Assembly (NCBI GenBank): GCA_041499475.1
Contig: JBGQKI010000005.1
Span: 17,709-81,708, forward strand
Direction of reading: 5' to 3'
DNA from: Thermoplasmata archaeon
Lineage (GTDB): Archaea; Thermoplasmatota; DTKX01; DATEUP01
DNA: 64,000 nt
The translations under genes were made by a program, and so were the position numbers. Positions 14,919 to 23,415 of this stretch are shown here, one piece after another. Within the stretch, counting starts at the first letter, position 1. Each line of letters opens with the position of its first letter. The notes beneath the pieces were generated by a model. The model was not told where the DNA came from. It saw nothing but the letters and a program-made list of their open reading frames with translations, and did no database searches.

Positions 14919-15048
14919 GCGAGGCGCCCGGCCCGGGCCCATTTGGCGTTATGCGACGCGCACCGCCGCCGAATTGGCTGCCGAGTCCCCGTGCAATCCA
15001 GCACCCCTTATCGGGACTTTCGCGGCCTACCGATTCGGCCAGGATTGT

Positions 15049-15063
15049 GCCCCGAAGCGGGGC
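15049..15063 (-). terminator. GC hairpin about 40 nt downstream of the giant gene 1 stop
   Basis: GCCCCG-AAG-CGGGGC is a perfect 6-bp stem. There is no T-run. Confidence 0.3.
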
Positions 15064-15101
15064 GCGCGCGCGATCCGCACGGGCGCGGCGAACGTCCGCC
15101 C

Positions 15102-16392
15102 CTACTTCTGCTGCTCGGTCTCGCCTGCACCCGCTTCGCCCTCGCCCAGCCTGTCCACGAGCGACTTCGCCTGGATCTCGTGCTTCTTGGCCTCGTCGTA
15201 GACCTGCTCGATCTTGACGTCCGCATAGCGCTCGGCGATCATCGACACCAGCGTGTGGTTGAACTCGGCAAGCAGCCCCGTGACCGCCTTGATCGTCGAG
15301 GAGGCCGCAAAGAACTCGATCGTGTTGTCCTCGCGCACCGCCGCACGGATCACGATCTTGTAGCCCTTGACCTTCGTCTCGCCGTAGAACCACGCCTCGC
15401 CCGAGAAGGGGTTGTACGAGACGAACTCGCGGACCATGTGCACATCGTGGGACAGCACGACCGACTTGCACACATCGAAGATGTCCTTGTGCTTCACATA
15501 GGGCGGCAGCTTCGTGATCGTGTAGACCTTCGAGTCCTTCTCCTGCAGCTCGTTCTCGATGAGCCGCTTCAGCATCGCCGTGTTCGCGTGCTCCTTGGTG
15601 AAGAAGAGCGGGCAGACGACCTCGGCCTTGCGCGTCTTCATCGTGACCGACTGCAGCACGCCCTTGTAGTCGCGGAAGCGCACGATGCCGTCGATGTTGG
15701 TCTCCGTGCAGATCTGCGGGTCGAAGTAGAACGCGACCGACGACTTCTCGCCGGGGTTCAGCACGTTCAGCATCACGCGCGCGCCGCTCGTCTTGTAGCT
15801 CGCCGGCTCAATGCGCTGCAGGCGCAGGACATCCTCGTTGTAGTCGATGTCAAGGGTGACCTTCGTCACGACCGCCTCGGTGTCGTTCTTGACGCCGACC
15901 TTGAGGCGCACGAAGCCTTGGAAGAACTCGAGCTGCGAGAGCACCTTGACGTCCTTCGTGGTCGTGGCGGCAAGCACGTCCTGGCGCGTGATGCCCGAGG
16001 TGAGGGCAAGCACCGGCGCGAGGTACTGGCTGATGTCCGCGAATCGGTTCTGCTGGCCGTCCCAGGCCTCGATGATGCCCGCGTAGGCATACTCGATCTT
16101 CTCGATCGCCGTCTGGAGCTTTTCCTGGAGCTCCTTGTCCGGCTCGCCGAAGGTAATCACGGCCGCGTAGAAGTTATTGCCACGCTCGATCACGATCTGG
16201 TTTTCGCCGTAGCCCATCTTGTTGAGCTCGCCCTCGGCCGAGAACGAGTCTTTGATGAACTGGGTGACGGCCGTGAACATCGACGAGACGAGCTCGGGGT
16301 CGCCGAGCTGCTGCTGGCCGATGTCGGTCTTCGAGTAGATCATGCGGCCGTCCTGGTAGATCACGAAAAGCCCCTCAATCACGAAGGTCGCG
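15102..16392 (-). repeat. Conserved cytoplasmic-module coding block, copy 1 of 3 (dispersed direct repeat)
   Basis: Encodes ATFVIEGLFVIYQDGRMIYSK...GEAWFYGETKVKGYKIVIRA...LLAEFNHTL...GAGETEQQK. It is collinear with 22119-23415 and 35155-36440. An exact 31-nt string is shared by all three copies (15371-15401, 22394-22424, 35421-35451). Confidence 0.85.
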
Positions 16393-19300
16393 GCCTTCGC
16401 GGGCTTGACCGGCTCGATGATCGGCGGCGCGGGGCGGGCCGCGGCGGCTGCGGCGGCCACACCGGCTCCCAAGGCCACGGCGGCCGCAGCCGGCGGCAGC
16501 GACGGTTTGGCCGCGGGCACGGGCACCTGGACGACTTCGACTTGGACTTCCTCTGCGGCAAGCGCCGATGGGCGCGCGGGCGCCAAGGGGGCTGCAGGGG
16601 CCGCGGCAATGGGCACGGCCTCGTCGTCCTTCTTGCGGCGCCGCATCACGACGATGCCGACAACGCCGGCACCTAGGGCGGCAAGGAGCAGGATAAGCAG
16701 CAGCAGCGGGCTGGAGGCCACCGACGGCGACGCGGGGGCGACCACGCTGGTTTGGATCGTTTTTTGTTCGCCCTGGCCGCTCGGGTCCGTCACGCGGAGC
16801 GTGACTGTGGTCGTCCCGGCTTTGAGGCCCTTGAGGTGCAGCGTCCACACCGGCCCATCGTGGGTGACCGAGACGCCGAGCACTTGGCCGTCGCCCGAGG
16901 TCGCGAAGAAGAAGAGGTCCGGGAAGTTGTCGTCCGGGTCGGCCGCGAAATTGCTGTCCATGACCAGGGTGACCTCCTTGCCCTCGTCCACGCTGAGCGA
17001 GGCCGGGACCTTGCCAGAGGCAAACAGCGGCGGCAGGTCGGCCGCCCGCAGGCGGATCGTGTAATTCTGCCAGACTTGGATGAGACCGTCGGAGAGCTCC
17101 AGTTTCACGTTGAACACGGTGCCGTCGGCGGTGCCCGGCGGGATCTGCCAGTGCACGGTGTGAGCCGAATCCACCGTCATGCCGTCGGGCGCAGCGCCAA
17201 GCGCCACCGTGAGCTGGTCGCCGGTGTCCGGGTCGCTCACGAGCGCCGCGTAGGTGTACGATTGGCCGGGCGTGCCGTTCTGGACCGGGAACGAGTTGAA
17301 GAAGGGCGCGCGGTTCGCGGGGTTTGAAACGCGCGTGACAGTAAGGACGAAGGACGAGTCCGTGTGGGACAGCCCGTCCGAGACGCGGAACGAGATGTTG
17401 TACACGCCGTACGAGCCCGTCGTGGTCGGCCACACAATTACGCCGGCCGAGCCGATCGACATCGCGTTCGGGCCCGACAGGAGCGTCCACGTCCACGTGT
17501 CGCCGGTATCGCTGTCCACGAGCGTTGGCGCCCACTCGTAGTTGTCTCCAGCGTGGATCGTCGTGATCGGCGTCCCCGTGATCGCCGGGACATCGTTGAC
17601 GCGCAGCGGGATGGTGAGGAGCGCCTCGTTGCCCGTCGTGTCGAAAACATGGAGGGTGAGCGAGTAAGTGCCCGGCGCGATGAATTGGAACGAGAATTGC
17701 GCGCTCCGGATCACCTGAGGCGTTCCGTAGGTAAACCGCCATTCGAACACGAGCGCGCCGGGGACGTTGTCCGTCGAGCCTGATGCATTGAGCGTGACCG
17801 TGTCGCCCTCGTTGAACGGCCCGGGGCCGCCGGTGACGCTGATGGCGGGCGGGGTCACATCGAGCGCCCGGAGGGTGTGCTCAAGGGTCGCCATGTTCCC
17901 CGTGCGGTCGTAGACGCTCAGCGTGATGTTGTACGCGCCGGGCTCCGCGGGCGTGAAGTCCGTGACCATCCCAGAGAGCGACCATGGGCCGCCCGGGCCG
18001 TCGATGTTCCAGTCGAAAGTGCCGTTGGTGCCGCCGTCCCAATAGGCGTCGTTGTCGGTAGATCCCGAAGCGTCGAGCGTGATGCGCGCGTCCTCGTTGA
18101 CCGTCGCATTGACGCTGAAGGCGGGGACGGGGTTCGTGGTGTCTTCCACCCAAAGCGTGAAGTTGACCGAGTTCGCGTTGCCCGCGCGGTCCGTCACGAC
18201 GAGGTTGATATTGTACCCGCCCGGGGTGTCGAAGGTGTAGGAGGGGCTCGACCCGGTGAGCGTCACCAGTGCAAGCCACCTCGCCGGGTCGAAGTTCCAC
18301 TGGATGTTGGGGAGCGGGTCGAGCTCGGCAATGAGGTTGCCCGCAAAGGTGTAGGGCACATCTTCGTTGACGAAGAACTCGACAAACGCGGAGAGGTCGG
18401 GCGCGCTGGAGTCGACCCAGAAGTCCCAGGATACGACCGTGACGTGGCCGGCCTCGTCGTACGCCGAAACATTGAGCGTGTAGTGGCCATCGGCGAACGC
18501 GGTCGTGTCGACGATCCAGCTGCCGCTGATGTTGGTGAGGTTGCCGGTGTATGACCAGCCGCCGCCGACCTCGCTTGCCGCGTACACCACCCTTGTCAGG
18601 TTGAAGTCGTCCGAGGCGGTGTAGGTCACCTGCGTCCCGGGGAGCGTGTAGTTCAAAATCGGCGAGGTCCGCATAAGGGAGGGTGCGGAGCCGTCGATGT
18701 AGAATTTCCAGGTGTACGTCGCGCTGTTGTTCAGCGAGTCGTTCGCGAAGAACACGATCGTGTGATTGCCGGGCCCGAGCCCGAGGAAGCCGGTGTCAAT
18801 CGCCCAGGGCAGCGTCGTGTTGAGGAACGGCGTGCCGTCCACGGTGTAGCGCCACGCGAACAGGTGCGGGTCGCTCACATTGGCGCGGATGACCACGCCA
18901 GCCTGGAGCGCCGGGAACCCGAGCGCCGGCACACTCGAGAAGACGGGCGCCGTCGAGTCGAACTCGAAGGAGAAGGTGCGCACCACCGTCGGCACGGCAA
19001 GCGTGGCGTCGAGGATCGTGTTGTCCTTCGCGGTGATCGTGATGTTGTGCCACCCGTCCGCCCACCCCGTCGTATTGATGTCGTGCGGGTAGGTGAGCGC
19101 GCCCGTCACGGTCGTCTTGTCGTCAAAGAAACTCACCGTGTCGAAGAAGTTCGAGACGGAGAAGTTGAGGACCGTGCCCGCGCGGACCAGCGACCTGTCG
19201 GGCGGGCTGGTGAGCGCGACCGCCGGGGGCCACGGGTCCATTAGCGCGTAGTTGTCGTTCTTGCCGCCGCCGATCGGGTAGACGGGCGCGTCCTTGATCC

Positions 19301-21881
19301 CGTCGTGGCCGACGAGGACGTTCTGGCCAGGGCCCGTCTTTTCATCCACAAACCCTCCGGCCGCGTACGCATAATAGTTGCCGGCCGCCGGGTAGCCCCC
19401 GTCCCAGGTGCCATATCCGTTCGTGTTGGAGACCGCGCCCCCGTAGAAGTTATTGTGGACCACGGTGATCGCATAGCAGCCCGTGTCCACATAGAACGAG
19501 GTCGTCGAAAGCGAGACATAGGTCGAGTTGTAGGTTCGGTAGTTGGGCGAGCTGATGAGGTACGCGCCCCTCGGCGAGCCCGCGGCGAAGGAGCCGTTGC
19601 GCACCGTCACATTGTCCGAGCTGTCGAGGTACAAGCCCTCCGCCGCCGGGTTCATCGCCGTGACGTTCGAGTAGAGCACGTACTGCGAATAGTAGTTGTA
19701 AAAGCCCTGCGAGGTCGAATTCAGCGACAGGATGTCGAAGTAGCTTACGTTGTTGGAAGATTGGGTGAAATAGCCGCCCCCAATGGCGAGCGACCGGGTC
19801 ACCCGGACGAATGATGAGCCGTCCACCGAAAACGCGTTCCAGAGGATGCTCGGCATCCCTATGTTCGACAGGTTTACGAATTGGCTGTTGTAAATGTACG
19901 CCCCCTGGCCGATATTATGGCCAATGAAGGTGTCCAGCGTGACGTTGTTCGAGGCGGCCAAATAAAATCCATATCCGCCGCCGATCTGGCCATACACGTC
20001 GAGCCCGCTTACGTTCACGTCCCGCACCGTGTCCAAATACAGGCCCTGGTTGAGGTTCTGCGCGATCCCCGTGGCATTGGAGATTACGATGCCCTTGGTA
20101 CCCACGAAGCGCAACGGGGTATCGGCGGTCACCCACACGTCCCGGACCGTGATATTTGCCGACCGGGAAGCCTGGATGGCCACCGCGTTGTAGGTGGACT
20201 CGTTGATGCCCGAGACCAAGATGTTGGACGAATTGAAGATGAAGACGAGCGCGGCCGTCGAGGGCACGCTCACATTGGTCGTGTTGGAGACGAAGTAGAC
20301 CGGCTTGCCATCCGCGGTGTTGTCCGAGGTGATGTTTTGCCACGTGCTGGGGCCGTCAAGGTTGTCAATGTACCAGTTGATCGGGCGGCTCGTGTTGACG
20401 AAGGTGTTGTTGGAGATTTGGTAAAACTCGCCTGTAATGGAAATTCCCGTGTAGGCGACATCCTCGAATCGGTTGTTTGCAAACACCGGGCCGTACTGGT
20501 ACGACCACAAGCTCATCCCGTACTGCACCCGGTAGAAGGTGCAGCCGTCGAATACGTTGCCTACACCCCCGTACAGGATCACCGCAGAGTCGCTGAGATT
20601 GGAGAAGGTTACGCCCTGGACGTGGGCTGAGCCGAGGCTGTCGATAAAGAGCCCTTCGACGGAACCGTTGACGGTGCCGCCTGTCCAGTTGAGCAGGCCG
20701 TTCGTGTGGACGGCGTACCCGCCCGAGATGTTGCTGAGGCTGGTGTTGACAAGCGTCAGCAGCCACGTGCCCCCCAGCGCGAAATAAATCCCGTCGTTGG
20801 GCGTATCGGCAAAGGTGGAGTTGGTGATCGTGAGGTGCTGGCCGTAGGTCCACTGGACGGGCAAGGAGACGTTCCGGAACGCTCCCCCGTTGAGGTACAT
20901 CAGCATGGAAGCGCCCGACTGGGGCCCAAGGCCGGTGCCCGTATCGGTCACGTTCAGGCCGTCGAAGACAACCGTCCCGCCCGTGGTCGAATAGAAGGCC
21001 GTCGTCACGTTGTGAATCGTAAAGTTGCGGAAGGTCGTGAGCGTGTCGTACACGGCCCACCAGACTCCGTACGTCGCGTTCTCGATGAAGACGTTTTTCA
21101 GCGTGCTGTTTCCGGCGCTGAGAAAGTAATAAAGGGCGGCGCGGGAGGCGCTCGACCCGTAGAGACTTACGTTCGCAACGCGGGCGCCCGGGCCGCCGAG
21201 GATCAGCTTCCAGGTCGTGGTAGCGCTCGATGTATTGACCTGGAGGCCATCGATGCTGATCCCTGTCCCCAGCGAGTAGAACCCGTCCTGGGAGTTCGTG
21301 ATGTTCACGCCACGGACGTTGAGGCCACTCTGAAGGCAAAGGCACCCGAAGCTGTTGTTGCCTTGCAGCCTCAGGTCGACGAGGGCGGCGCGCGCCCCGG
21401 TCTGGGCGTCCATCCCATAATTTGTGCCTACGAGCGTCATGCTGCTGATGTTGATGTCGGAGCCGCGCAGCGCGAACGGGGCGTTAACCAGCAGGCCGTA
21501 AACGATGACTCCCTTTTGCGATTCTCCCACGAGCGAGATGCCGTTCGCGCTGATGGTCCAGTTGGCTTGGTAGGTGCCGTTGTAGATCTTCACAATGTCC
21601 CCGGAGGTGAGCGGGAGCAGCTCGACTTCGAGGATGGTCTTGAACTGGCAGTTCGCAAGGGATGTCGCGGGGTAGTCGTCGTCCACCTCGATGTACCGCA
21701 GCGGGCAGTTGCTCTGGCCCCAGCCGGCCGAAGCGGGCGTCGAGAAGGCGGCAAGTGCGGCGATCGCGATCAGAAGAATCGCCGATGCAAGGCCGAGGCG
21801 AAAGGCCATCCGCGCGCGACTGTTTTGCGACCTTTGAGAGGCTTTCGAACTTGCGGCGCGAGCGCTGTGCTGGCCAGTCAT
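15102..21881 (-). CDS. Giant type-I membrane surface protein 1 (beta-helix + 3 Ig-like repeats + PKD/cadherin-like stalk + TM + conserved cytoplasmic module)
   Basis: 2259-aa ORF. The N-terminus is basic and then hydrophobic (MAFRLGLASAILLIAIAALAAFSTPASAG). About 800 aa are PbH1-type beta-helix turns, including STWQNITSDNTADGKPVYFVSNTTNVSVPSTAALVFIFNSSN. Three 85-95-aa Ig-like repeats follow PWPP (nt 18400-19236). PKD-like motifs are present (TLDASGSTDND, TLNASGSTDN), as are two cadherin-like He_PIG-type units (..AAPDGMTVDSAHTVHWQIP..). The TM helix is SPLLLLILLLAALGAGVVGIVVM followed by RRRKKD (nt ~16646-16710). The C-terminal ~430-aa module is shared with the next two genes. ATG 21881 has a GAGGGG element 8 nt upstream. 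Confidence 0.9.
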   Translation of the reverse strand: MTGQHSARAASSKASQRSQNSRARMAFRLGLASAILLIAIAALAAFSTPASAGWGQSNCPLRYIEVDDDYPATSLANCQFKTILEVELLPLTSGDIVKIYNGTYQANWTISANGISLVGESQKGVIVYGLLVNAPFALRGSDINISSMTLVGTNYGMDAQTGARAALVDLRLQGNNSFGCLCLQSGLNVRGVNITNSQDGFYSLGTGISIDGLQVNTSSATTTWKLILGGPGARVANVSLYGSSASRAALYYFLSAGNSTLKNVFIENATYGVWWAVYDTLTTFRNFTIHNVTTAFYSTTGGTVVFDGLNVTDTGTGLGPQSGASMLMYLNGGAFRNVSLPVQWTYGQHLTITNSTFADTPNDGIYFALGGTWLLTLVNTSLSNISGGYAVHTNGLLNWTGGTVNGSVEGLFIDSLGSAHVQGVTFSNLSDSAVILYGGVGNVFDGCTFYRVQYGMSLWSYQYGPVFANNRFEDVAYTGISITGEFYQISNNTFVNTSRPINWYIDNLDGPSTWQNITSDNTADGKPVYFVSNTTNVSVPSTAALVFIFNSSNILVSGINESTYNAVAIQASRSANITVRDVWVTADTPLRFVGTKGIVISNATGIAQNLNQGLYLDTVRDVNVSGLDVYGQIGGGYGFYLAASNNVTLDTFIGHNIGQGAYIYNSQFVNLSNIGMPSILWNAFSVDGSSFVRVTRSLAIGGGYFTQSSNNVSYFDILSLNSTSQGFYNYYSQYVLYSNVTAMNPAAEGLYLDSSDNVTVRNGSFAAGSPRGAYLISSPNYRTYNSTYVSLSTTSFYVDTGCYAITVVHNNFYGGAVSNTNGYGTWDGGYPAAGNYYAYAAGGFVDEKTGPGQNVLVGHDGIKDAPVYPIGGGKNDNYALMDPWPPAVALTSPPDRSLVRAGTVLNFSVSNFFDTVSFFDDKTTVTGALTYPHDINTTGWADGWHNITITAKDNTILDATLAVPTVVRTFSFEFDSTAPVFSSVPALGFPALQAGVVIRANVSDPHLFAWRYTVDGTPFLNTTLPWAIDTGFLGLGPGNHTIVFFANDSLNNSATYTWKFYIDGSAPSLMRTSPILNYTLPGTQVTYTASDDFNLTRVVYAASEVGGGWSYTGNLTNISGSWIVDTTAFADGHYTLNVSAYDEAGHVTVVSWDFWVDSSAPDLSAFVEFFVNEDVPYTFAGNLIAELDPLPNIQWNFDPARWLALVTLTGSSPSYTFDTPGGYNINLVVTDRAGNANSVNFTLWVEDTTNPVPAFSVNATVNEDARITLDASGSTDNDAYWDGGTNGTFDWNIDGPGGPWSLSGMVTDFTPAEPGAYNITLSVYDRTGNMATLEHTLRALDVTPPAISVTGGPGPFNEGDTVTLNASGSTDNVPGALVFEWRFTYGTPQVIRSAQFSFQFIAPGTYSLTLHVFDTTGNEALLTIPLRVNDVPAITGTPITTIHAGDNYEWAPTLVDSDTGDTWTWTLLSGPNAMSIGSAGVIVWPTTTGSYGVYNISFRVSDGLSHTDSSFVLTVTRVSNPANRAPFFNSFPVQNGTPGQSYTYAALVSDPDTGDQLTVALGAAPDGMTVDSAHTVHWQIPPGTADGTVFNVKLELSDGLIQVWQNYTIRLRAADLPPLFASGKVPASLSVDEGKEVTLVMDSNFAADPDDNFPDLFFFATSGDGQVLGVSVTHDGPVWTLHLKGLKAGTTTVTLRVTDPSGQGEQKTIQTSVVAPASPSVASSPLLLLILLLAALGAGVVGIVVMRRRKKDDEAVPIAAAPAAPLAPARPSALAAEEVQVEVVQVPVPAAKPSLPPAAAAVALGAGVAAAAAAARPAPPIIEPVKPAKAATFVIEGLFVIYQDGRMIYSKTDIGQQQLGDPELVSSMFTAVTQFIKDSFSAEGELNKMGYGENQIVIERGNNFYAAVITFGEPDKELQEKLQTAIEKIEYAYAGIIEAWDGQQNRFADISQYLAPVLALTSGITRQDVLAATTTKDVKVLSQLEFFQGFVRLKVGVKNDTEAVVTKVTLDIDYNEDVLRLQRIEPASYKTSGARVMLNVLNPGEKSSVAFYFDPQICTETNIDGIVRFRDYKGVLQSVTMKTRKAEVVCPLFFTKEHANTAMLKRLIENELQEKDSKVYTITKLPPYVKHKDIFDVCKSVVLSHDVHMVREFVSYNPFSGEAWFYGETKVKGYKIVIRAAVREDNTIEFFAASSTIKAVTGLLAEFNHTLVSMIAERYADVKIEQVYDEAKKHEIQAKSLVDRLGEGEAGAGETEQQK
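18400..19236 (-). repeat. 3 x ~85-95-aa Ig-like coding repeats (gene 1)
   Basis: Units are delimited by ...FDSTAP / ...IDGSAP / ...VDSSAP and begin right after YALMDPWPP. This is the same family as the 17- and 27-copy arrays in genes 2 and 3. Confidence 0.75.
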
Positions 21882-21940
21882 GATGAACTACCCCTCTTCA
21901 GGAGGACTCCGTGAGAAGTCCGGTAGGCCGCTGAACATGA

Positions 21941-21958
21941 CCTTATATAATAACTTCG
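21941..21958 (-). promoter_or_regulatory. BRE/TATA box for giant gene 1
   Basis: The minus strand reads GTCGAAGTTATTATATAAGG (TATA 21943-21953). It is the most AT-rich spot in the 237-nt spacer, about 65 nt upstream of ATG 21881. Confidence 0.5.
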
Positions 21959-22118
21959 ACGGGGGTTTCGCCCGCGGCCACGGTCGTTGGCGCGTTACGC
22001 GCCGCACAGAACGCCGAAGTCTGGCACTGAACCTGGCTGTCTAGGGGCCGCCATCGGAAGGACGAAACGCCCCGGCCAGCGCGGTTTCGAGTGGGCACCC
22101 AAGCGTGGAAACTTGGCG

Positions 22119-23415
22119 CTACCGCGGCTCTTGCTCCGTCTCGCCGCCGTCGAGCTCCGACTGGCCCATCTTCCCCATAAGCGACTTCTTTTGGATGTCC
22201 TGCTTGATCTCCTCGCCAAACTCGGACTTCAACTTCATCGTCGCGTACTTGCGCCCAATGAGCGAGTTCAGGGTGTGGTTGAATTCCGCAAGTAGCCCCG
22301 TGATCGCCCGGATCTGGGTCGAGGCCGCGAAGAACTCGAGCTTCGATCCGTCCGCGATCACCGAGGCTCGGATGACGATCTTGTAGCCCTTCACCTTCGT
22401 CTCGCCGTAGAACCACGCCTCGCCGTGGTAGGGCTCCTCGACGACGAAGTCGCGCACGAGGTGCACGTCATGGCCGAGCACCACTTCCTTTGCAAGCGAG
22501 AAGACCTCCGCCCACTTCACACCCTCGGGCAGCTGCGTGACCGTGTAAACCTTCGAGTCGCGCTGGTCGAGCTCGCCCTCGACGAGGCGCTTCAACATCG
22601 CCGTGTTGGCGTGCTCCTTGGTGAAGAAGATCGGGCACACGACTTCGGCCTTGCGCGTCTTCATCGAGATGGAGTGGACCGCACCCTTGGCGTCGCGGTA
22701 CCGCCCGACCCCGTCGATCTGCGACTCGGTGCAGATCTGGGGGTCGAAGTAGTAGGCGACCGAGACCTTCTCGCCCGGGTTGAGGACGCCCAACTGGACT
22801 TCGCTGCCCTGGAACTTGTAGGTGTCCGGCTCGATGTGGTGCAGGCGCAGGACATCTTCGTTGAAGTCGATCGAAACCGTGACCTTCGTGATGACGCTCT
22901 CCGTGTCGTTCTTCACGCCGCACTTGAGGCGCACGAAGCCCTGGAAGAATTCGAGCTCCGAGGGCATCTTGACGACCTTCTCGGTGAGCGCGGCCTTGAC
23001 GTCCTCCCGCGATCGCCCGGCGGTGAGCGCGAAGAAGGGCTCCACGTACTGGTCGATGGCCTCAAGCGAGGTCGTCGAGCCGTCCCAGTCCTCGATGATC
23101 CCGGCGTAGGCGTTTTCGATCGTGCGGATCGTCTCGCGCATCGCCTCCGAGAACTCGTCGGTGGGCTCGCCGTAAATGATCGCCGCCATGAAGATCGAGG
23201 TGCCGCGCTCCATAAGGATCGTGTTCTCGCCAAAGCCGAGGCGGTTCAGTTCCCCTTGCGCCTGGAACGAGTCCTTGATGAAGGACTGGACGGCGGAGAA
23301 CATCGAGGACACGAGTTCGGGGTCCTCGAGCTTGACGTCGCCCGCGTCGAGCTTTGAGAAGACCATTCGCCCGTCGCTGTAGATGATGAGCGCCCCTTCG
23401 ATCACGTAAGTGTCC
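22119..23415 (-). repeat. Conserved cytoplasmic-module coding block, copy 2 of 3
   Basis: Encodes DTYVIEGALIIYSDGRMVFSK...GEAWFYGETKVKGYKIVIRA...LLAEFNHTL...DGGETEQEPR. Confidence 0.85.

Noticed and set aside
21985-22118. Short GC palindromes after the giant gene 2 stop (GGCGCG-TTA-CGCGCC at 21988-22002; CCAAG-N8-CTTGG near 22100) as terminators.
   Set aside because: The stems are short, there is no adjoining T-run, and such palindromes arise easily in GC-rich DNA. They were not reported as features.
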